Shown here: in pieces, positions 11,800 through 24,827 of the stretch
Layout of the letters: each line of letters begins with the position of its first letter
Numbering within the stretch: the first letter of the stretch is position 1
DNA from: Octopus vulgaris
Taxonomy: Eukaryota
Reading direction: 5' to 3'
Length of the DNA stretch: 64,000 nucleotides
Assembly: GCA_951406725.2 (NCBI GenBank)
Contig: OX597819.1
Span: 12,338,001 to 12,402,000, forward strand
Made by a program: the position numbers and the translations under genes
The notes under the pieces: generated by a model
Seen by the model: only the letters and a program-made list of their open reading frames with translations
What the model was told of the DNA's origin: nothing
The model's database searches: none

Positions 11800-14700
11800 G
11801 TATGTGGCGAAATTATATCGGTCCCTCTCTCTCTCTCCCCCCACCTCTGTTAAGTTAGTGAACTAATCTCGATTAAGAACGAGGCCCTACATGTGAATAT
11901 ATAGGTGTGTATGTGTATGTGAAAAGAAGGACTTAAAGCCCCGAGCGAGTCGAGAGCAGCATCTCGACTCCTGTTCATCATTTGTTTTTTAACTAAATGT
12001 TATATATCGTATCGTTAAATGGTCCTTAGTAACAGCAGGAGACGCTATTTCATGTCATGTCTCTTCCGCCGAGTCTTCTTTTGTGTCTATCTCTCTCTCC
12101 TCGGCCAACTTTAATCCCTCGTTTTTTTGTCTTCTTGAAGCATTTATCAATCGCTGCTGGCAACTTTTAAATTGATACATTTATTGTGAGTCGGTAACAA
12201 TCCGGAGGTTACAAGAAAATAAATATTGGTTGAAGAAGAACCATAAATCGAAGCCATTCAGGAACGCATGCTGGAAAGATTAACTAAAAAACATTTTGTG
12301 GTCTTATCGAAAATTAACGGCTTAACATCTTTCATGAGAGAAAACTTTCTGAAGAGAGGAGGGGGCAATCTTTCGTCTCTAGTAGACCTTTCCGTCGATT
12401 TCCGTATTTTTTTTTACATATGGGCTTGCGGGAACTTTTGAAGTAATATACATACATATACACATACACCGAGTAAAAAATTTCAGTTATCTCTCTCTTT
12501 CACACACACTAACAGAAGCACTTCACTTACACAATATACTGTGTCTCCCACACCCCATCAAACACACACACACACATGTACATCAATGCTTCCCATGCAC
12601 GGTAACTTCAAAAGAACTTCCCTCGTCATACAATCGCTTTCTCTTAGTCTCTTTCGCTCTCATTACCTCAAAAGTTCTGAAGAGAGGAGGAGGAACGAAC
12701 GTGTGGCTTTGGCATATTTTTTTCAATTCCAAGTAAAAAGAAAAAAAGGATGAGCGGAAGTAATATGGGAATCGCTAAAGATGCTCAGCTTTAAATCAAT
12801 CGGAAAACGATCCACCGAGAAAATCTTTTCATAGTTACTCGGCCTGCTAGAAAGAGTAGCCAGACCTTCCTCGAATCATACATGTTTGAAGCATTATTAT
12901 TTCTGTAAGGATCGCCTGTCAAATGTGCATTTTAATGATGATTGTGGGAGAAAGTTAATTTAAAAGACTTGCCTGCCATTTCTAGCAGACGTGTTGTCTT
13001 CACATGGAACATGTATTAATAACACAGGCTCCATGTGGCAGTTTTAAGGGAAGAGGGTTGTGCCGACACTGGTTCCAATGAAAAGTGGGTTTTTTTTTAC
13101 AACGTGGAACCATTTTCTGAGTGGAATACAAACTGTTCTGCCGATCTTGCCCAAGCAACCACAAAAATAAGCAAACATCAGGATGTGTTTTGTACGTGGG
13201 AAAGTTCCGCTGGTATTTCCCAGCATTAACAAAAATAGCCGAAGGACACAGATTTATCTTCGTTATAATAATAATTACACATACCTACACGAGAGTGTCC
13301 ACTCTGTTTTCTGAGGCATACCAAGTTTACCTATATTTAATGTGTATGCGTTCTCAGATTTAAAAAAATATATACATTTAAAGCTAGCTGCATAATCACA
13401 AAATTCCACGTTCGATCCCAACTGTGCGGAATGTGGGCCAAATGGCCTCTGCTCTCATTTCGGTTTCACGTAAAATACCTTGTTAAAGTTTAGTAGAAGA
13501 AACTATGCAGAAGACTGCAGCGTGGAAGCACCGGTAGAAAAAAAAAAGTCGGTGCTCTCTATGTTGCCACATCCATAACTTAGCGGGTCAACAAATAAAT
13601 CTTCGGACTCCAATAACAAACTAGGGAACAAATCCTCATTTTGCGTTGGATTTTCCAAACTTAACATCTCGCCACTTTATTCCAGTCTTTTGTTATCTTT
13701 GTAGGATCCAGCTTCCTAAGATCAACTTTCTATGCCTAAACCCTTCCACAGGTTTCTTCTGCTTAAATTTCTTGTCATTTCTTTATCCAACTCACCATCC
13801 GAAAGCAGCACACGTCCTTACCAGCTCAAATCTTCTCAACATCTGATTCCTCTTTTACAGTTTCCCCCACCCCCTTCCTCTAGGGCATGAGTTAAGCATT
13901 TCCTTTCACCTTTTGCACAACCCCCCTGTTCATTGCCTAGCTTTTATTACCATGCAAACATCGCACCAAGTACCACACAATTTGCTCTTTACCCCACCCC
14001 CAACAGAGGTAATTTTTCTCATTACATTCTCACTTTGGCTACTCTGCTTTTGCGGTACCTGCCAACCCAAACAATTTCATAGGTGCTCTTAAAAGTCCTC
14101 TGCCAGTCTGCTTGTGATCTCCACTTCATATCTTGTCCAGAGTTCACATTGGACAGGCTGTATGGATTTACTACATATTTCATACAGTGGCTACTTCTTC
14201 GATTGCCGGGAATCTTTTCGTTATTGACACGTTTGTCTTAATTTTCGATTTACATTTACATATATGCTCTGAGAGATGGCAGTCACAGACGTGGAATCCT
14301 GATTAAGAAGTTCAGTCTTACTGTGTGGCAGGAGGCATTGGACAAGTGTCTTTTATCATTGCCTTGGGCCAACCAAAGCCCTGTGAGTGGAACGTATATA
14401 TGTATGTGTGTGTGTTGTGTGCGCACACGCCTCCGTTCTGACATTGTGATAGATGTAAACAAGTGTCCCCTCATACAAACGGTGTCGTTCATTTCCATTC
14501 TTCCAAGCGTGTCTGATCAAACACATCTGGCCATAGAAAATTTGCTTTAGCATGGAAAAGTGGACGTTAAGGAGTGTCCGCATATACACACAATCAGCCC
14601 ATCTGCATATTCACACAAAATGCCAGAAAGCGAAGAACAAACCACATTGACATCTTTAAAAAAATATATTTATAAAAATCAAGTTAAACTCTGTGGCAAA

Positions 14701-16026
14701 TCTCAGAACCTACACAAAAAGTGAAAGAAAAAAAAAGTAAATGCCTCCATGGTAACCATCATTTGACGTCCGTTTTCCATGCTGGGAGGACTGCACCAGG
14801 CCCGTCGTCTTCTTTGGCGTAGTTTCTAGGGCTGGATGCCTTTCCTAATACCAACCACTTTACAGAGTGAACTGGGTACTTTTAATAATTATATACTACC
14901 TGTTCATTAAAAGCCTTTTAATTTTGAAGGCTTGGTAAATGAAACTCATTTTTAAAAAAATCTTGTCTTCAGATTTCGTGTTGATAAATAGAATTGGTTG
15001 CTAAGTTGAAATGAAGATCGTTATAGGCAATGGTTTAGCAACACCTTTTTCTAAACCATATAATTAAGCATAAAAAACCCATCTAAAAGTATTCTGCCCA
15101 TTTCTTTCATTTCCAATTATTTTTTGTCGCTTTTCAAATAATCCAATAAACTTTTTATTTTCCACATATCAATTCCTAAAAATCACTGATTAAAAGTTGA
15201 GATCCTCTTATTTCACTTAATGTCTTTCATTTTTTTCGAAGGTGGTAAGTTATATAGTCTATGGGAGATTTGACTGCTACTCTGAACCAGTTGAGCACTC
15301 AAATGGAAGAAAGCACCTCTGATTAGTCCTGACCAAGTACTTCCTTCAGGCCATTCTGGTTGTCAGATTTGAAATATTAGATTTTGAATTCTTTTCTCAA
15401 CAGGTTTCATATTAGTTCTCATCTAGACTGAAGCAGTACAAGTTACACTTTTATATTGCTTATCTTGTTTACACTTGATGAAAAAAAACTTTTTCAAAAT
15501 TTGAATTTTTTTTTTTTTTGTTTATCATCATTTAACGTCCATGTAGGCATGGGGGGTTGGATGGTTCGACAGGATCTGACAAACCAGAGCACTGTATCAG
15601 ACTCCAATGTCAGCATTGGCATAGTTCCTATGGCTGGATGCCCTTTTCTATGCCAACTGCTTTACAGAGTGCACTGTGTGCCTTTTCCTGTGGCATCAGT
15701 ACAAGTGAGATCACCAAATAACTTGCAAGACATGTGGGAGTGTGGTATTGAGGGAGGTAGCTTTACGCCAGGTGTCAAGAGGTTGAAAGATAAGAAAGAC
15801 AGAAACAGGTGTCTTGTTCAAGAGAAGATACATGGCTGGCTCCTGTTGGGAAGACAGGAGAGAGAATAGAGACGGAGGATCAGAGAGGGTGGGTGCTATA
15901 ATCATTTTGCTTCTGCCTGTCAGGATGTTGCTCAAAACTAATACAATTGATTTTTCTTACAGATTTATCAAATGACAATAACAAGAAGGAGTGAAATGAA
16001 ATAAGAAGAGAAGGAAGTGCCTCAAA

Positions 16027-16740
16027 ATGCCTCAGGTTTTACTTGAAGAAACTCACCGAAACCTAACATATCAAGAAAACAAACACGATGATTTCCTTCT
16101 CATTGAAGTGGAAGCAATTCTCCGACACCCAGACCCAGCAAAAATTACACTGTCCCCACCACTCTTCCCCAAAGGTGGTGATGTTTACCTTTACAAATCT
16201 GGTCCCCATGACAGAAGAGTCAAAGATAAATACTGGTGGGTTAACAGAGGGAACAACTTCCATTCAAAAAGTCAAAAGCGCCATGCCATTATGAAGACCT
16301 ACTTCAGTCTAAAAGACAGAAATGGCAGCAAGAAAAGTGATTGCCTTAATGGATTCAGGCGCCACATCTACCGCCTGGCGGATGCAAAAGATGACAGGAG
16401 AACATTAATGCTTGTACACTATCTTGGAGATGAGAAACTACACACAGCTATCCCTCATGGTAACAGCAAGCACAAAAAAGGTCAGAGTGAGAGCAGCAGC
16501 CATCAAGTAAAGACAATGCGAAGCAATGACTTGGACACAGCAACAATGACCGCCTCCTTACAGAGTTTGAATGCAGCTAAAAATGAACTGAGAACCTCCG
16601 ATGGTGTTGGAAGCCACGGCAAGATTATAAAGTCGCCAATCAACAACTTGAAGCAACCAAATTTTACCATTCAAACATTAAAAGACAATGGCAGTTCAGA
16701 TGATTTGAGAATCTGTTTGGAGAAATTAAAACACAAATCG
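16027..16740 (+). CDS. Gene B first coding exon: CG-1 (CAMTA-like) DNA-binding-domain protein
   Basis: Acceptor TTTTTCTTACAG ending at 15962, AAA-ATG start. Motifs PKGGDVYLY / KDKYWW / FRRHIYRL / LVHYL occur in the order of CG-1 PQNGSMILY / KDGYCW / FHRRCYWL / LVHYL. Donor TCG|GTAAGA in phase 0 at 16740; unspliced, the ORF would end at 16815. Confidence 0.8.
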
Positions 16741-16973
16741 GTAAGACTTCTTGTTTCAAATAACCTTTTCGGTTCTCCAGCAAAAGAGCTGCAGCAGAGC
16801 CAAAAGATATTTTAGAGCAAAATTGTTTCTCTTGTTGAAAATTTGAAGTGCTGTGTTCATTTTCTTAAACATTCAAATTTACAGAGATGTACTTGCATAG
16901 CAAGTGACCTGATCCAAGATTGTGTTCTGGAACGAAAACATTTGCAGCGTGGAAGGTGTTTATAAGCCGTTTC

Positions 16974-17179
16974 AGAAACACACAAAAAGCCGTTCGATTC
17001 ACTTCAACATTTAAATTTAATTTGCCAAAATATTTTCGTTGCTTTGAGACCGTGACCTGTTCTCTGAGATGCAGCACGGAATTTTGCCAGTGAACAGGTT
17101 GCGGTCTCAAAGTGATGGAAATATTTTGATAAATTAAATTTAAATGTTGAAGTGAATCTAACGGATTTTGTGTGTTTCT
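16974..17179. repeat. Imperfect inverted repeat with ~89-bp arms
   Basis: 16974-17062 pairs with 17092-17179; mismatches are mostly CpG-type transitions. Confidence 0.88.
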
Positions 17180-19042
17180 TAAATCAAATTTACAAATCCA
17201 AATGAAATATAGATATGCATTAATGCTTATATTCTCCTCCATCACTGTCCGATCCCCACACATCATCTCCCTATTTTCTGATCTAAGGGTTTATTGCTAT
17301 TTATCCCCTTTTTTCTTCACCCCCACCATCCCTACATTCACTCCTACCCCTATCTCTAACCACCTGTTGCTCTCCTCTCAAACTAAGGAATTTATCCACC
17401 CACCCTGCCCAATCGTGTGCATTCCCTCTCTTACACTCACCTTCTTGTACCCTGAAAGTAGGCACCAACACCCGGTCAGCACCATCATTGTGCTTTCAGT
17501 TTTTTCCCACCCACTTTTATATAATATGCAAGGTAGCTATATATCTCCTCTACAGCAAGACACCTGTGCCCCTGTCCTTCTGCCTTACTAAAATGTGGCA
17601 TCAAGCCACCTACCCCCTCCTACTACAGCCCTACTCTGTTAAAGGTTGTTTTTCTCATTGTCTTCTAAGTTACTTGGTCACCTCACTAGGGTTAGTGTTG
17701 CCAAATGGCTGGCATGAAAAAGACAAAACCATAAGATTGTCCTCTGGCTTGCTGGATGCTGAGTGACAGTGATGATAATTTGCATGTAGCTGGTCACCAT
17801 AGGAACAGAAAGCAGAAGAAATGTAAACAAATGAAGAACGTTCCACAAAGAACATGCTTAGAAAATTTGAATTGAAAACATTGAGAAAGTGGTTATTTCC
17901 ATAATAGTAAACCTGAGAGCCAAATGTCGGGTTTTGATTAAGCTTTGAATATTAAGCATCTCAGACCCCTGGGCCCTTGCGTCAAACTTTACCCTCCAAC
18001 TGGGCTCCTGAGAAAAAAAAAAAAAAAAAGTTGCACTTACAAGCACGGTTGTATGGTAAGAAGCTTGCATCCCAACCACATGGTTCTGGGTTCAATCCCA
18101 CAACACAACACCTTGGGCAAGTGTCTTCTATTATAGCCTTGTGAATGAATCTGGTCGACGGAAACTGAAAGAAGCGCATCGTGTATATATTTTGGTGGCA
18201 CATAAAAAGCACCATCTGAATGTGATCGATGCCAGGCCCACCTGACTGGCTTCTGTGCAGGTGGCACATAAAAAGCACCCACTACACTCTTGGAGTGGTT
18301 GGTGTTAGGAAGGGTATCCAGCTGTAGAAACACTGCCAGATCAGACCAGAGCCTGATGCAGCCACTGGCTTTCCAAACTGCAGTCAAACTGTCTAACCCA
18401 TGCCAGCATGGAAAGCAGATGTTAAACGATGATGATGATGTGTGTCTGTGTTCGTCCTTCCCACTCCATCGCTTGACAACTGGTGTTGGTGTGTTTATGT
18501 CCCCAGAACCTAGCAGTTTCGCAGAAGAGACCGATAGAATAAGTACAAGGCTTACAAAGAATATTTCCTGGGGTTGATTTGTTTGACTAAAGGTGGTGCT
18601 CCAGCATGGCTGCAGTCAAATGACTGAAACAAGTAAAATAAATAAACAGATGCAGCAGAGGCTGTGTGGTAAGTAGCTTGCTTACGAATCACATGGTTCT
18701 GGGTTCAGTCCCACTATGTGGCACCTTGGGCAAGTGTCTTCTACTATAACCTCGGGCTGACCAACACCTTGTAAGTGGATTTGGTAGAAGGAAACTGAAA
18801 GAAGCCCATTGTATATATGAATATATATATATATATATGTGTGTGTCTTTGTCCCTCCATCACTTGATAACCTATGTTGGTGTGTTTATGTCCCCAAAAC
18901 TTAGTGGTTTGGCAAATGACTGAAACTAGTAAAAGAATACAGCTCAAGATTAGGGATCAGCTGAATCTTCTCTTTCCTATGCTGTTCCTCACCAGTTTAT
19001 CAAGAATCCAGCAGAGACGACATTTAATATATTCCCGCCATA

Positions 19043-19448
19043 AGCGCAGGAGTGGCTGTGTGGTAAGTAGCTTGCCTACCAACCACATGGTTCTGGGTTC
19101 AGTCCCACTGCGTGGCATCTTGGGCAAGTGTCTTCTGCTATAGCCTCGGGCCAACCAATGCCTTGTGAGTGGATTTGGTAGACGGAAACTGAAAGAAGCC
19201 TGTCGTATATATGTATATATATGTATGTATATGTTTGTGTGTTTGTGTTTGTCCCTCTAGCATTGCTTGACAACCGATGCTGGTGTGTTTACATCCCCGT
19301 CACTTAGCGGTTCAGCAAAAAGAGACTGATAGAATACGTACTGGGCTTACAAAGAATAAGTCCCGGTGGGGTCGATTTGCTCGACTAAAGGCGGTGCTCC
19401 AGCATGGCCGCAGTCAAATGACTGAAGCAAGTAAAAGAGTAAAAGAGT
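19043..19448 (+). mobile_element. SINE family 1 copy (part of a cluster with copies at ~18040-18645, 18650-18935 and 20146-20548)
   Basis: Colinear with the family consensus. Confidence 0.88.
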
Positions 19449-19606
19449 ATAGCAGGAATATCAGGGTTAAGCTGTTCTTCTACATTTTAACTTTTCTGTG
19501 CAGGGCTGCAAATGTTTAGCCCCGTTGAGGCTCAGTCTGAAAAAGCACCACAGCAGTGGTACCCTGTCTTCTTGCTTCGTAACACTGTACCCGGTTACCC
19601 ATAACA

Positions 19607-19997
19607 TCTCTTCTCTCTCTATATAAACGGCAGTTTGTCTGTGCGTGTTTCTGTGTGTCTGTTTGCTTGTACCCTCACTCTGACCACGGCTTTCAACCGA
19701 TTCTGATGAAACTTGACACACACATAGCCCAATGTCATAATTCAAAACTAACGCAGCGAAAACTTTGAAAAGTTCCCCCAGTTCTGAAAAAAATCGATAA
19801 ATTCGACATGGGGTCGAGAATCTGAAACCCAAACCACAGACTGTCTAGGGGACGCAACTCCACCTTTTTTAACTCTCAAAAAAAAATTTACCATCATTTT
19901 TTCCCCATTTTTTTGCTATTTTTTGGCTATAACTCTCTAAAAATGCTTTATAGTTATTTCCCTTACAAACCTGAGCAACGCCGGGCGATACTGCTAG
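19607..19997 (+). mobile_element. Non-autonomous Helitron with a different 5' half and the same 3' end
   Basis: Shares the final ~120 bp and CTAG|T with the other copies. Confidence 0.75.
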
Positions 19998-21109
19998 TTA
20001 TTAATAAGGCACTGAGCAAGCAGAATCATTAATAGATTTAACAAAATGCTCAACAGCATTTCCTCTGGTGTCTTATGTTCTGCATTCAGCCATCACAGGG
20101 GACACAATTGCTTTTTATTTTTCACTAGTTTAATAAAATAAATAGGTGCAGGATGTGGCTGTGTGGTAAGTAGCTTGCTTACCAACCACATGGTTCTGGG
20201 TTCAGTCCCACTGCATGGCACTTTGGGCAAGTGTGTCTTCTACTATAGCCTCGGGCTGAACAAAGCCTTGCGAGTGAATTCGGTGGACGAAAACTGAAAG
20301 AAGCCCATCATGTATATCTATGTATGCGTGTGTGTGTGTGTGTGTGTGTCATTGTGTTTGTGCGCCCCCCCACCCCCCCATCGCTTGACAACCGATGTTG
20401 GTGTGTTTATGTCCCTGAAAATTAGCAGTTCAGCAAATGAGACTGATAGATTAAGTACAAGGCCTACAAAAATAAGTCCTAGGGTAAATTTCTTCGACTA
20501 AAGGTATGCTCCAGCATGGCCATAGTCGATTGACTGAAACGTGTAAACAATTACCAGTCACATACGAGGCAAAGGGGGGGGGGGTCAATGCAATCGACTT
20601 CCTCCCCTCACAATTACTGGCCTTGTGCCATACTTATTTAGTCAATAGGGATATTGTTTCTTCTGATTCTCGCAGAATACAGGATGCTACTTTTTAGCAA
20701 GTCAACAATACATATCTCAATTCTAATGCTTTTCAACCTCATAGATAGCATCTTGGGTATTGTGCCAAGTGCACTGAGCTCCCCCCCACTCAAGCCATGC
20801 CAAACTCATGAGGGCCGGTTTCCTGCTTTCAATGGCGATATATATTTACCCACCTGGACGGGACGCCGGTCTGTCGCAGGATTATTCATTTTTGCTGGTT
20901 GAGTGAACCGGAGCAATGAGAAAATGAAGTGTTTTGCTCAAGAACATAACACGTCGCCTGGCCCACGAATCGAAACCACAATCTTAAGATCATGGGTCCA
21001 ACACCCTAACCACTAAGCCACACATCTCCACAAGTGCACTATTTACTACAAGACCAATTGATACATTATTTACATTTGACAGATATTTGTTCCCATCTTG
21101 TTTATTGTT

Positions 21110-21155
21110 AACACAATGTTTCGGCTGATATACCCTCCAGCCTTCATCAGGTGTC
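21110..21155 (-). ncRNA. Minimal hammerhead ribozyme motif (second copy)
   Basis: Same core on the reverse strand. A partial third copy lies at ~50943-50975. Confidence 0.62.
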
Positions 21156-22999
21156 TTGGGGAAATTTTCAACCTGGGTTTTCATTCCTAAAGTATTTTTC
21201 GATATTATTAATTTTATTATTATTCAGGTCACTGCCTGGAATTGAATTTGGAATCTTGGGGTTAACCACTATGCCATATGCCTGTGGGCAATTATGGAGT
21301 GAATTTTAGGGCTTATAATTGTCACCTTTCACAAATCTCCCTATCTCTCTCCTGTTATTTCTTAATTCCTTTGGTATCCATCTCATCAAATGCTATTGCA
21401 AAGTCTATGATGATAAAGTTATTTTTCCCCTTTGTTCTCTTCAATCATACCTGGTCTCCTTGCTTCAATAGCATTGTCAGTCTTTATGGGGGAGATCCCC
21501 ATAAAATCCTGTAATTATTATTGTCCACAGCCTCTGTCTCATTATTATGCTTGAGTCAATAGCATGATATGAAGGAGATTGACTGCTATTTCCAACAAGT
21601 CAAGCCACGACATACAGACATCCATCGTGTAACTGTTTTGTTCCCAGATTTCTGCTGAAATACACTTTGTTGCAATCAGTTTTCAAAATAATGGAACAGT
21701 TCTTCAAATACCCGTTATTATTTAGCCAGTATTTGAAATATAGGATCACAGGATCCAGCTTTTCCTTAACACCAAGCAATTTACAACACGTACCAGGTGC
21801 TTTTTTTTCGTGCTACTGACACTAGCGAGGTTGCCATGCAACTTGAATGGCTGACCCAGGTCAGCCCTGAATGGGCAATATCCCGCTTTAATTAATTGCG
21901 TGCCCACGGCGCCAGAAACCGATTCCAAGAAGATCGACCACCCAAGAGGAAAGACTCAGCAACGAAGTGGTTAGTGACTGGTCTGGAGGAAGAGACTACA
22001 ATATGAGGACGAGGTGACCGTGGCTCGATACGATAGTAAAGACAGATCTATTATCAAAAACGTTCCAGCCACGACCATCTCGTAACTTTTTTTTCTTCTT
22101 CAATGTATCAAAGATTACATTATCCCCTGTTGTGCTCTATAAACATAGGGTTGTGATATGCATGGATTAAGCTGCTATTTTCTTAGAAAAGTTGTAAGTT
22201 TGGTCGATGTTGTTTAGCTCTAGGACAACCCCAACCCAGTAAATCAATGATCAAGAGCATGCCAACCGTGACCCTCTCGTCTTTTCACTATCAACTGATG
22301 ATTCAGGGATAGCAATATATGACGTTATTTTCTAAAATGATGGGGTGTGCTTCGAGGGTGATTTGGCTACTATTTCTATCATGTAGAGCAACCACTTAAC
22401 AAGAGGTTCTTAGTAAAAGCATTATGCCGGCAGTAGATAAAATATTATGGCAATCTATTTCATTTCCGCAATACAAAAAAACAGGTGGCCGTTGATTTAG
22501 TCATTTATTGTCTTCCCATCTTTCCCCCAAAATATTAATTTTGAATGTTTTAGCAGGAAATAGAATCTGCAACAATACGAGATGTGCGGTGAAACGTTTT
22601 CTTTTTTTAAAAATAATTTCACAACCGAAAACTTTTTTAAAATCTACGTTTTATAAACAACAGTAAAGCAATTCGCTCTACTTTTTAAAATAAATTCGTT
22701 GATAAACAACAAATTTTCTTATTTGAAACATTGTGGTTTTGTAAATAATTTTAGAAATGACACTTATAAAGTTGTTAGGAGTTTAAAAAAAAATATTGAA
22801 TATTTAAAAAAATTACGATGAAAAAGTTCCCTATCTTCTTAAGATATGAAAATTTATGCTTTTGACAAAGATAAAAGCTAAAACTTCATTGAAAAAGCAC
22901 GTGTGTTACCGGCTTAGCCGGTTTAACCCTGCTTAACCGACGATTTAAGAAGAGGAAACAAAGAAAAGAATAACTTAATATGGACGAAAAACAACTTAC

Positions 23000-23083
23000 A
23001 GAATGACGGATTCCCAGCTCAGCCAAAACCCTCCGATTGTCGGCGAGATTTTTCAGACGAAGTTTTTCGTATTCGCTGCACAT
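23000..23083 (-). CDS. Gene A (SRA/YDG-domain protein) coding exon 1: MCSEYEKLRLKNLADNRRVLAELGIRHS
   Basis: AAAA-ATG start context, 28 codons ending at a GTAAGT donor in phase 0, matching the phase-0 acceptor at 9457. CpG-richer promoter-like DNA lies just upstream. The link to exon 2 across a 13.5 kb intron is inferred. Confidence 0.75.
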
Positions 23084-23099
23084 TTTTCGTTTTTAGAAA

Positions 23100-23340
23100 A
23101 AGAGATTAAAACCGATTTAATCTTTAACAGGAAAATATATCAGAGAGAAATCTGATGAATTTCAATTAAAAGAGTCTTCTTTTCGACTCCGTCAGAGAAT
23201 TGTGTGGCTGTAAATACAGATACACGTTCCGTGTGGGGTCCAGTCTCCCGCGAAATTTATGTCACGTGCTACCATATCGGAATGTTGATTGGTCGTTTGT
23301 ATTATCTAGGCGTAACGGCGGGAAAACAACTGCTTCTATA
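23100..23340 (-). promoter_or_regulatory. Putative promoter of gene A
   Basis: Locally CpG-richer, repeat-free DNA upstream of the ATG, with an E-box (GTCACGTG, ~23261) and a CCAAT box on the minus strand (ATTGG, ~23288). Confidence 0.45.
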
Positions 23341-24417
23341 ACTCCACCTAATGTCATAGTGACAACAATTTTGAAATTACTTCCGTTTAAAATAATTGCA
23401 GATATTCTCTCCTTTAAATCACTGAATAAGATCGATTCTCAATATTTTTTTTCGTTTACTCTCTATTTCCTATTTCCCTGTAAACATCTGTTTTATTAGT
23501 GAGCGACTATATAAGTTCGGATAGAATATGTATGAGATCTTGTTGAAACCTATTTCTTTATTACCCACAGAGGGGACAAACAAGGACAGACATAGGTATT
23601 AAGTCGATTACATCGACCCCAGTGCGTAACTGGTACTTAATTTATCGACCCCGAAAGGATGAAAGGCAAAGTCGACCTCGGCGGAATTTGAACTCACAAC
23701 GTAACGACAGACGAAATACCGCTAAGCATTTCGCCCGGCGTGCTAGCGTTTCTGCCAGCGGTTTTTAACCTCGACACCTGGAATAAAACGAAATCGTCGT
23801 TAATAAAATATTGACAAAATGAAGCTTGAAGAATAAATTTAAAATATAAAATAAATTCTTATTTATCGACAGATTTCGATTCCAGTTGTAGATCTTTGTA
23901 TAGACATAAAACATTTATACAGCTTTAGTCCTTTTGGCCGCTCATTTTGTAAAATTGTATACTGTATAATTCTCCAGAAGAGATCTGTAACTGTCTCTTA
24001 GATATTACACATTATTTGTTGGTTGAAAATAAATTAATAAAATATATAACTAATATTTAGATGTAAAAGCAAAGGTGACGATTCCATATCAGAAAGTAGT
24101 GCCATGTCATCTTAGTCGAGTATTTCCGGAAGTTTTTTTTTATATATATTCAAGCCATGCTATTCTGTTTTTGTTGCTTTATCGCTTAATTTCCTTTCAA
24201 TGTTGTTCAATATGGGACATAGCTTCCGTTTCGTATGAGAAATCAAACAATTTGAAAATTGATGACTTCAACAAGATGAGCGAACACACACACCATCATC
24301 ATCATTTGAAATGCCTTTACGGTGACATGTTGCTAAGTGCTCAGCCACTTGCATGTTAAATTCAAGAGCAACTAGTTCCATTGTCATCGCAACGGGTAGT
24401 GCCCCACTCTCTGTGTG

Positions 24418-24466
<49 letters not shown>

Positions 24467-24724
24467 ATATAGATATATATGTATATATTCTTTTCGTTTC
24501 GGCCATTTGACTGTGGCCATGCTGGAGCACCGCCTTTAGTCGAGCAAATCTACCCTAGGACTTATTCTTTGTAAGCCTAGTACTTATTCTATCAGTCTTT
24601 ATTGCTGAACTGCTAAGTTACGAGGACGCAAACACACCATCGGCTGTCAAGCGATGTTGAGGGACAAACACACACACACACACAAACAGATACACACATA
24701 CATAAATACATATACGACGGGCTT

Positions 24725-24827
<103 letters not shown>

